From assembly GCA_002269645.1 (NCBI GenBank), contig NIVC01001131.1, positions 62,001 through 126,000 of the forward strand: 64,000 nucleotides of DNA, in the 5' to 3' direction. A program made the position numbers and the translations under genes. Within the stretch, counting starts at the first letter, position 1; the number at the start of each line of letters is the position of its first letter. This stretch comes from Macrostomum lignano (lineage: Eukaryota). Positions 40,430 through 50,700 of the stretch are shown here, one piece after another. A model generated the notes under the pieces. It searched no databases and was not told where the DNA came from. It saw only the letters and a program-made list of their open reading frames with translations.

Positions 40430-42067
40430 TAATGAGGAAGGGGGGTGGGCCAATAACTACCAACTACTAGGACATAGGGAATGGGGGGTTTTAGGGTGGG
40501 GAGAATCTTCATGGGGATTGATTTTACCTACCTAAACTTCAATAGAGGCATGGGGGTCTATTGAAGATTAGGTAGGTAAACTCTTAGTGCATTATAACAA
40601 ACTAAGTGAAGAAAATTTAGAATAGACACTCTTTTTTGGAGTTAAAAATCTAACCTCCTAAATGTTTTTTTAGAATGAATTCATTAAACTTTTGAAAATA
40701 TTTACCTTTGAAAGCCATGATTTTAAAAATAGTGTTCAAATACAGTACGGCAAATACAGTAAAATAGGTGCCTATAGCAGCTACGGATACGCCTCTAGTA
40801 GCTAGCTGCTCTTATGGCTACGACTTCAGAAATATGGTAGTTGCTGTCATATTCCATAGATTCCCTTAGCTGTAGTTATTGTGGTAGGTGGGTGTCTCCC
40901 ACTGAACTATTTGAATTTTGTCCTGTTTTTGGTCATTAATTTGTTGTTTGTCCCGGGTTTGGCCCTCCTATGTCCACCTTAAGGTGCTGCCCTGACATCA
41001 CCCTCCCGTCATCTCCCGCTCCCTGGTTCTGGCCTTTGTGCCCCTTTATCTGTTCATTGTTAATTTTGCCCATCTTCTCCATCTTAATTTTTGTTCAGCT
41101 GTAATTATGTCTGCAATGTCCATTTTAATTAACATTTATCCCTTTCTATGTTTATTATATGCCACTGTATGGACTATTCTATAGTATTTATAGCTTGATG
41201 TGGGCACCATCAAAATAGTTTTTCTTTGACTTTGTTTGTTTAGGTTTTGTTGCTATTCCTCTTTTACCTTTGAACCATTAGCTTCTCATACCTTAATACT
41301 TGATTATCCAATTACTTGCAAGTTAATCAACAACTAATAGTGTCTAATAGTTCTCGCGTCTCGTAATATTTGTCACATTGGTAATAATTATCTACAACTT
41401 ATCTTACTTTTATTAATAGGCCCTAAACTAATTCAACTTATTACTTGTTGCTTATTTAAGACCATAGCTTATCTTGAGTCATTTGCTTATGGGGCATAAA
41501 ATAACACAGTCTCATCTCAAAGAAAGCTCTGAGACTTCTACGTTCTATAATACATAAATTATGGTGTTGGCAGCACTACTCTACTGATAGTAATTAGTCA
41601 AACATTTGGAGAACAGTAATTATGGTGTCTGAAGACCTGCACTAAATGCTCGCGCTTAACAAAGACTGCTTGCCTACGACTAAGACTACCCTCCCCCTAG
41701 AATTTGAGAACCCCAGCAGTCGGAGTAAAATAGGAGGAAGATTCCATTGCGATTCATCTGCACAATATTTCTGGATTTAATTCAAAGTAAAACTGCCCTA
41801 CCTTATTAGTGTCAGCAAACTAGCAAAAATAAAATTTATCACCAAATTCCCTATCCCCTTGCCCCTTTATATTTTTCTTTTTCTTCCTCCCACCTTATCA
41901 ATAATGTTAAAAATTGAAAAATATTAGAAACAGGTAGAGTAAAACAAAGATACTTTTAGTAAAATGTATTATCAACCTAGAAACTTATAAAATATACCTA
42001 CCTAAAATAGTATAATAAAACACTAGCAAATTCTAATTTTTATTAATATGAAAAACTTTAGCGTTAG

Positions 42068-42751
42068 TAGAGCTATCACGAGATCTCGACGAGACAAGAT
42101 TCGAGACAAGATCTCGACATTTTTTCTCGTCTCGAGAAATCTCGAATTTTGTCAAGAAATTCGAGACAAGATTCAAGAATTTTTCTGATACCTTTTTTTA
42201 AAAGCTTTTAAGTGATAAGATATAAAAAGGGGAGCAAATTTTCATATAAATACAACTGTTTGTTGTAACACGCTTGATAGGGCAATTTTCAAATGGTAAA
42301 ATCTAGCCAATGTTGAGCAGTTATTTAACAAACGTTATTATATACGAGTTTGCATTGCATATGCACTCTTTTAGTTATCATTTCAGTTCTACAGCAAGGT
42401 GTATCATAGCAGACTTGAAGACAATCTACACAGGTCTTTTGACAAATTAGTAATAGACATAGTAGGGCCAAGGGCTTATATGCTATAAGCATAAATTCTT
42501 ATAAATAAATAGCAAAGAATTTAAACTAGAATTAAGAAAGTATTCTGGAAAATCTATAAAATGTATTTTAGAATTATATCTTATCAAGAAATTTAAGACA
42601 AGATAAGGCAAGATAAGACCAAGACAAGATGCAATTCTGAAATATATTTTTTAGATTTACTTTGTCTTGTCTTGTCTCGAAATTCTCGACTTATAAGCCT
42701 TTCTCGTCTCGAATCCCGTCTCGAATAAAATCTCTAATTTTGACAGCTCTA
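42068..42751. mobile_element. hAT-family MITE, 684 bp
   Basis: TIRs TAGAGCTATCA / TGACAGCTCTA; perfect 8-bp TSD AGCGTTAG at 42060-42067 and 42752-42759; subterminal GAGACAAGA/TCTCGA repeats. Confidence 0.85.
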
Positions 42752-45543
42752 AGCGTTAGTACTTTCAATAACGATTAAGTACTATTGCTCTAAAAAAAAG
42801 ACAAAATATAATCTTCATACATTAAAAAATATAGTCCATTCAGGGTCTTTCGATATAGCCACTGCCGTTTGTAAAGCAGGCCTCCAGCCACCTCAGAAAG
42901 TCTAGCAGGGCTTTGGTAAGTGTCTCAGGCGAAATCTGGGCCAGATATGAACATGCTTTTTGGTGTCAAAAAATCCATTTTCTATATATTTTCTTACGCT
43001 AAAATCTGGTTGGGATCCAAGTATTAATCACAAAGTTATTCGCGAAACAAGTTATAAAGTTACTTATGGAACACCCTGTATATACTATTGCATAGTAAAA
43101 TATGAGTATGTACATAATGCACAGTTGTCAAAGTGACCATGTTTAGAGGTCACTGATTGGCCAGTTGACAAAGTGACCTGAGGGCAATGGCTTCCCAGTT
43201 GATGAAACGCCAGTTGACGATTTGACTAGGATCAGTCTCTTAGACTCTGGCGAAAGTTTTAGAAAAATGGGAAAATCAGAAGTATTTTACATACCTAAAC
43301 GGCTAAAGTTCAAGAAGTCCGAAAAATTTTATTTAGTTACTAGTACAAAAAATGATACTAAAAATGAAATCACTTACCTTTAGTCTTAGATTCAAAGTCA
43401 ATAAGAACATCTTTCTTATTTCGAAAACTTCTATTTAATTGTGGGTTTATTTGTTGCAACATTCTTGAATTTTTATTTAACTTTTAAGATCCAGTTTCTA
43501 TAAAAAGATTAGGCCCACCCAGGCCAAGACAAAACCTAACAATAGCAAGCCAAGCAAAGGAAACAAATTCTTAATAACTTTGTGTTAAATAGGCCAAAAT
43601 AGAAGACAGTGTCTGGCCTAGAACTGTTTGATTGTCCTTGGCCTGGACTTATTCCTTTCAGATGCCTGTGGCTGTAGTAGGCCCTACTTACTTTACTACT
43701 TAGTGAGATAGTGACTGACTAGAGTTAGAAACAAAAACTGCAACAACTGTTGTTTTTTAGACCGCCTAGTTTAAAGGTCCAAAAAATAAGGCGAGGCCTA
43801 GCTATAAAATTTGCTAAAGCCTGACACTCGCGATACAGAAAGATGCTCACATACGTAGATCAAGGCTGAAGCAATACTAAAGTGGAATTCTGTGAGCCGT
43901 GTGCAGACCGGAAAACTCATTTTCTTAGAAATCGTATAGAACCTATTTAGTACAGTTTAACAAATTAATAAAACAAACTACGTAACATTCTTTGAACAAA
44001 GAACGTAAAACTGTTTTTTACAAAAAAGTAAAAAAATTAAACAATTAGGGCACGCTAGCTTTAAAATACAGTACTTGAATCGTTCAGTCAGTCATCAGGG
44101 TGCTTGAATGCATAGTTAGTTGCATGGTCCGATCCTAGTTTTTTATGTTTTTCTAAGTTGCTCTGGTCATTAGTAACAATTTTTATTTTCAGTTAGAACA
44201 TGTAAGTAAATACGCAGCTCTCAGAATGATCAGAATGATATTGTTACGGTATATAAAAGTTACACGTGTGTATAGCCACAAGTGTCTATATAATTAATAA
44301 TGCATGGAACCGTACGGTACACTGCATGTACATGTTCACTCTGCCGCGGAATATAGCTAAGTTGCGCCACTTGCACAGACTGAGAGAGTTTTGAGTTGCA
44401 CTCGCAATGTGGCGACCATATACGAAATTCTCCGTGATGGCGAATTTTCAATGTCATTCTGAGTATATGGTACGTTCTCCAGCTAGGTTTACGAGCATAT
44501 GGTACATACTGCTAGATTATTAGACTTCTCATGAGAGACACAGCAAAATATTTAAATAAATGAATTTGCTCAATTTTGCTGAGGGAAGGCTACCCCTCAG
44601 AATTAAGGGTATAATTTTCTTTCAAGGGGGGGGGGGGGGGGGACACACCCCTAGAGAAAAAAGACTTCAAAAAAAACTTTTTTGGCCGGGGGTACACATC
44701 TCCCGATCCCCCTCCCTATACATGTACGCCTGCACTGATTGTGCTTTCGGATTAAATATCGAGTGGAAACCGCGCTATATTTCTCAGATTCAATTCAGCT
44801 TGCAGCAGGTACTTTTACTACTTGTGTGGGATGATATACATGTACATGTATACTGTATAAAAAAACCATTTTGCCGTCTTCTAAATTAGTAGGCCAGCAG
44901 TAGAATTGTTGTAGTGTCATTTTTGCTAAACATCTGCAGTGAAATTCGGCGTACGATCGTTATCCAATAAGTACTTTTATTATATTTGCATTGACAAAAT
45001 TAATATAACTACTGCATGGCCGCGTCTGCACAGAAGACGAATTTTTCTAGATAATACGCTTGTTAAGCGTGTATAAATATGTATACATGTATATATAGTA
45101 CATGTATACAGATGCACATGTATACGCCGCAAGATTACCTGGGTACGCGTAACTCCCGATTTTTTCTTTTATTTGCCTAAGGCCCTGAGCCAAACACAAT
45201 AATTACATACTCGTATTATGAGGATCAAAGACTGACACAGCAGATGATCCTATATCACGCATTTTAAGCACAAAATATTTTACGCATTTTTACGCATTGT
45301 GTTCGGTGAACTCGATCTCAATCGTAGTAATGTTAAATTACATAATAATTTGTGCTATTTTAAAGTGGAGAACTTCAAGTAGGAAGCTTTCGATTATTTT
45401 GAAATTTCGTGTACAATTAAGGATCTGTTGTAGCTATGTGCGAACTTTGATATTCTGTATGGGGTGAGTCAATTATAATTGTGAGTAAGTTTATCAAACC
45501 AGATCAGTTCAGTTATCAAAAATATTTTCAGTTCAAAGATATA

Positions 45544-46845
45544 ACTACTATGGACGCATTTTTCCGTCGATTTTGGAGGTGGGGTGGGTGTCAACCCTCC
45601 TCGCCTCTCATTGGCTGGCGCCCCGATCACTAGGTGATCGATACCCGTATCGATATCGGCGCTCGGCGCGCGCGCGCCGCAGGCGCATGGCGCCAAGCGC
45701 CGACCAGCCGCAGGCGCACCCTCCCGATATGTACCCCGATATGTATGCCCTCCCTCCAGAGCAGCAGGCGCCCATGCCGCAGGCGCCCCGATGTACACTC
45801 TCCCCAGTACACTCTCCCCAGTACACTCTCCCGATATGTACGATATGTAGTCAATGATATTAGGCTAGTGAAAACTACTTATAGTAGGTGAAATTGTGTA
45901 TATTTACATAAAAAAAGTAGGCAAAACATATTGGTAGGTGTAAAAAATGGTGCATAATGCAAAATAAAATGTACATATTGGTGCATATGAGCAGCAAAAA
46001 ACACACAATGTAGGTGCAAATTATTGATATATTGGCAGACGGTAAAGCAGACATGATAGCAGGTACATATCGCATTATTAGTGTAGTAGGCGCTAATAAA
46101 ACATAGGCGGAAATACACACAGTATAATGCAGGTGCATACATACACACAATGTAGGTGCAAATTGAGTATAATACAGGAAAATTACATAGCATATAATGT
46201 AGGCGCATTTTAAACGATACATTTTGCATATTAACCCGCAGGCACAAAGTATATATCGGTCATAGGCTAAAATACACACACTGCAAATTGAGTATAATGC
46301 AGGAAAATTGTGACATATACAACATATGTATGCAAAATTAAGCATATAATGTAGGTGCAAAGTAACCACCGGCCTCTAGTAATGAGACACGCCCCCAGAG
46401 CCAGGGCCGGGGGATCCTAGCGGAGTACAGTTCAGGTAGGAGCGTTCCTAGTCTGCAACCCATAGCTTCCAAATAGGGTACGAGGGGCCAATGTTTCGAG
46501 AGGGGATCCTCAGTACAGTGCGGGCAGAGAGAAATTCCAATTCCTCCCCAAGCCCCAAATAAGGTTTTTTCAAGGGGATCCCAAGTACAGTGCGCTCCCG
46601 GGTGTCAAATGATGAAGGAATCCCGCCCCCCAATGCACAGTGCGCTCCCGGGTGTCAAATGATGCCCCAATGTACAGTGGAGGTAGAGTAACAGACCGCA
46701 TACAAAGAGAATTCCAGTCAAACTTTACCGCAGCTCCCACCCCAAATGAGGGTTTTAGTGGATCCCCAGAGGGTAGCTCTCCAAGTTGAGGGATCCCCCC
46801 AGTGTGTTGCGAGGCCCAAGTACAGTGCAGGCAGAGAGTAACAGA
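45544..46845 (+). repeat. Left terminal inverted repeat (~1.3 kb)
   Basis: Colinear reverse complement of 52940-54366 with indels, e.g. GTCAACCCTCCTCGCCTCTCATTGGCTGGCGC and GGCCCAAGTACAGTGCAGGCAGAGAGTAA. Confidence 0.9.
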
Positions 46846-47047
46846 GTACAAAGAGAAATTCCCTTATCAGTCAAACTCGAGCGCGATCTTCAGCCAGGGC
46901 AGTCTCCTCCTCATCAGCGCTCTCGAAACATCTGTCAAAGTAAAACATATTCAATGTAGACAGATTATATGTAATTTATATACGATTTATATGAAATTAA
47001 GCTTACCAAAAATCGGGTTCGCGCTGTACGGATGCGGCACGCCTCAA

Positions 47048-47545
47048 TTAGCAACCCTCGTCAAACAGATTTCCCCAAGGGTAGGGTTTGATGCTGTCAA
47101 GGCAGTCCTGCAGATTGTCCTCTGTCTTGACTCGCTTGGCTGGAGGGGGTGCCTCAGGTGCCGGCTTGAAGAGCTTGTCCAAACGGGCGGCAAACATCCT
47201 GCGCCACAGTTCAGGCGTGAATTCGATCGTGTAGCGCCAATTAAACTTTGGGTCCTGATTGAGCCAATTGCGCAGCAAACGGATCCTCCCTCGCGAAGCT
47301 TCAACTGCCTTGAAATTGCCCAACAGGACCCGCTTGTTCACGCGAAGGCGGGCAGCAGCCTCCAGGTCAGGGCGCGCAGCTTCGAGCTTCTTCCACTCTG
47401 GCTCGGCCAAGTAGATTGCAGGGAAGCCGTCCTTCCACACTCCAGCCTCGTTGGTGTAGAGACGCCGAATTTCAATCAAGTTGTGTTCAGTTTCAAATGT
47501 GGGCTTCCGCGCCACAAAGTTTTCGTATAGAGAGATAGAAGACAT
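47048..47545 (-). CDS. 165-aa protein with two PC4-like repeats (putative ssDNA-binding protein) and an NLS-like PPAKRVK
   Basis: IEIRRLYTNEAGVWKDGFPAIYLAEPEWKKL resembles the PC4 consensus vDIRe.y....G..kPg.kGIsL..eqW..L; second weaker repeat IRLLRNW...YTIEFTPELWRRM; TATA-like box about 45 bp upstream. Confidence 0.65.
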   Translation of the reverse strand: MSSISLYENFVARKPTFETEHNLIEIRRLYTNEAGVWKDGFPAIYLAEPEWKKLEAARPDLEAAARLRVNKRVLLGNFKAVEASRGRIRLLRNWLNQDPKFNWRYTIEFTPELWRRMFAARLDKLFKPAPEAPPPAKRVKTEDNLQDCLDSIKPYPWGNLFDEGC

Positions 47546-47787
47546 GATTTAGCAGCAGCAGCAGAGAGCTCTCTGACAGCCGTGCAGCGCCTTATATACC
47601 CCCGGATGGAGGGTGGGGTGGGTGATGATTTTGGGGGTGATTTGTGATGATTTTGGTTGGTTTTTGGCGATTGACCAATAACAGGCGAGCTGAGCAGATT
47701 TTTTAGTATATATACAGACCCCCAGAGCCAGGGTAGAGATATAATCCTTCTCTCTCCGCTCGCTCTCTCACGCTCTCTGTTTGCAAA
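47546..47787. promoter_or_regulatory. Bidirectional Pol II-type promoter of the element
   Basis: Minus-strand TATATAAGG (plus strand CCTTATATA near 47590) before the PC4-like ATG; CCAAT near 47676; TATATATA near 47706; GATATAAT near 47738 before the pPolB ATG at 47788. Confidence 0.55.
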
Positions 47788-50700
47788 ATGGCTAAACGCA
47801 GCGCCACCGCAACTGCTTTCCTGGCTGACAAGAGGCAACGTCTTTATGGTAAGTTTTAATTAATTTCTGTCTAGACTGTAGTTGCTAGGGTGGGGGTAGG
47901 GGCTGAGCAGCAGCAGCAGCTGCAGGGTCTGTGGGACCGCAGAGTAAACAACAAAGACTGGGACTGCTGCGACAGCTGCGGGGGTCTAGACTGGAGTTGC
48001 TAGGGTGGGGTGCTGCGGCAGGGTCTGTAACAGAGAGTTGCAGGGGAGGGCTAGACAAGTTTCAGCCGGGTTAGCAGCAGCAGCAGCTGCAGGGTCTGTG
48101 GGACAGCAGAGTAAACAAAGACTGGGGCCTCGGGTGGGGTGTTGTCTAGACAGGGAGGGGTGTGCGGCAGCTGATAAGAAATTGCTGCAAAAACAGACAG
48201 AGAGTTGCTAGGGTGCTGCGGCAGAGTACTGATAAGAAATTGGCGTGGTCTGTAACAGATAATCGTTGGGGAGGGCTAGACAAGTTTCAGCCGGGTGGGG
48301 GGCAGAGAGTTGCTGGGACTGTGTAGCGCGGGGGCATACTGATAAGAAATTGGCAGGGGCTGTCTAGACAGGCTGCAGCTAGGCGCAGATAAGAAATTGC
48401 TGCAAAAAACAGAGAGTTGCTGTGGGAGGGGTGCTGCAGAGTAAACAACAAAGACTGGGACTGCTGCGACAGAGGGTTGCCGGGGCCGGGAAAATGACAG
48501 ATTCTTCTGGTTTTTTTTATCTCCTTGTGTTTTTTCAGACGCGTTTGTCCCGCCAACACAGCCGGAATCTGTTACCGGACCGGGTGAGTTATCCAGCCCC
48601 ATTCCCCAGACAGACCCGGGCTGACTCACACTCCCCCATTCCCCCATGCAGGTTTTACGGCCCGGCTGGATAATCAGCGCGACCTGCCCAAGTTTAGGGC
48701 AAAGGGTGTCGAGTATGTGGTGCGTATTACCAACACCGAAGATTTGCGGGAGGTGTTTGCTGACATGCTCGAAGTCTTTAAGCAGGATTTGGCTGGTGAT
48801 GACTTTATGGCCGCGAAATTCGAGAGCGACAATATGCTCAAAGCAGCCCACACTCCCCCGGTGCGTGCAGCCCGCATGACGGCTGAATTGTTGTTTAAGC
48901 ACATTGACAAGATTGTGCAGTCAGACGCAAGCGTACTGTCGAGCAACTTTTCTATCCGGTTGCTAAAGGCCTGGGTGCCTCGAGGTGGATGTGCTCTCGA
49001 GAACAAGCATCTAGAAGAGAGGCACGCTTTTTCAAAGCACTATGTCCGCATCACCAACACGGACAAGAGATGCCTGCTGCGAGCGCTTGTTGTCGCATGC
49101 GCCTATCTGCAATTTGTGGCCAAGCGCATCACCGAGGATGTGTGGCGCACGATCAAGGCCAATTCGTCCAAGCAGACTAAGCTGGTGGCTGAGCTACAAA
49201 TCGAAGCGGGTCTCTACACGGTAAGTTTCTAGTATTTTTCTGATAAGAATTTTTACACAGTATCGTGGAATACAAAAATTTTCTGATAAGAATTTTTACG
49301 CAGTATCATGGAATACTAAAAGAATTTTACATAGTATCAGGGAATACTAAAAGAAATATTTTACCCCCACACAGACTCTTCAAACCGTCTCGCAGGCCGG
49401 TCCTTTCGGGGTGGATGCACTGCCCGAAGCGATCCGTGCCCTGAACCGGCTGCATCCAGGGCACGATTTTGGTGTACGCGTGTACCAGGCAGAGGAGGCC
49501 AACAGGTGCATCTTCAACCTGCCTGGCACCGAGATTCTGCACCTGCACCTGGTCGAGCAGCACTTTAATGTGGTCACCAAGCTGCCTGCGTTTTTCGGCA
49601 GCCACCACTACTGCGACAAGTGCGAGATGGCCTATGATAGCGACCCCGCCAAGCACAAGTGCGCTGATGCCTGCAGTACATGCAAGACTCCGGGCTCCAA
49701 CTGCAAGACCAACCGCGCATATGTAAGATGCCATGATTGCGGGCTAAATTGCTATAATGCTCAGTGCCTAGAAAATCACAAGCGCAAGAATAAGGCGGGC
49801 AGATCTCGCTGTGATTCGGTCCACGTTTGCGGCACGTGTGGCTATCTAGAAGAACTAAAAGTAGGCCAGCCCCCTGAGCATCAGTGTGGTTACGCCAAGT
49901 GTCCAGTCTGCAAGCAGTACGACGAAACTGCCACCCACGAGTGCTTTGTCACCCCGCCCAAAGCCAAAGAGTCTAGCGCCCCGTATGTTTACTATGATTT
50001 CGAGACGTACTTGGACTCTGGCAAGCAGCACCGGGTACACTTGGTTACGGCTGCCACCTCCTGCGAGGCGTGTCCCAAACTCTTCCCCAGGCCCCGCTGC
50101 AGCGCGTGCGGGGGACTACACAGCTCAGCCAATCGCATTGCGGGACGCGATTTGGCACTCGATTTCACGAGCTGTGTCTCGCACAATGACTGTGCCTGTG
50201 GGATGCGAGAGTTTGTTTCGGTTGGGCCGCACTCTATCGATGCCTTTTACTGCTGGCTGACTAGTGTGTTCAAGCAGGGGGCAATTGCTATTGCGCACAA
50301 TGGCTCTGCGTATGACGCATTCCTCCTGCTCGGCGCCCTACTCAACGGACTGGCCAAGAAGAAGCCGCAAGTGATCTTCCAGAACAGCCGCCTAATGTAC
50401 ATGAAGTGCGACAAGATCACCTTCAAGGACAGCCTCAATTTCATCCCTATTGGTCTGGCGCAATTCCCAAAGGCGCTTGGTTTGGGCACCCAACTGACCA
50501 AAGGAGATTTCCCGCACGTGTTTAACCAGCCGGAAAACTGGGGGTACGTGGGACCCTACTGTTCAATTGATATGTATGGAGGAAAGAAAAACAAGCAGCA
50601 TGACTCCATCGCAGACTGGCTGGCCAAGCAGGAGGGACAGGTGTTTAATTTCAATAAGGAGTACCTGGACTACTGCCTGCAGGACACGTTAATTTTGCGG

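Noticed and set aside
46802-47530. 242-aa plus-strand ORF as a hidden integrase or capsid
   Set aside because: It is antisense to the PC4-like ORF, starts at GTG inside the TIR, and shows no DDE or jelly-roll motifs.
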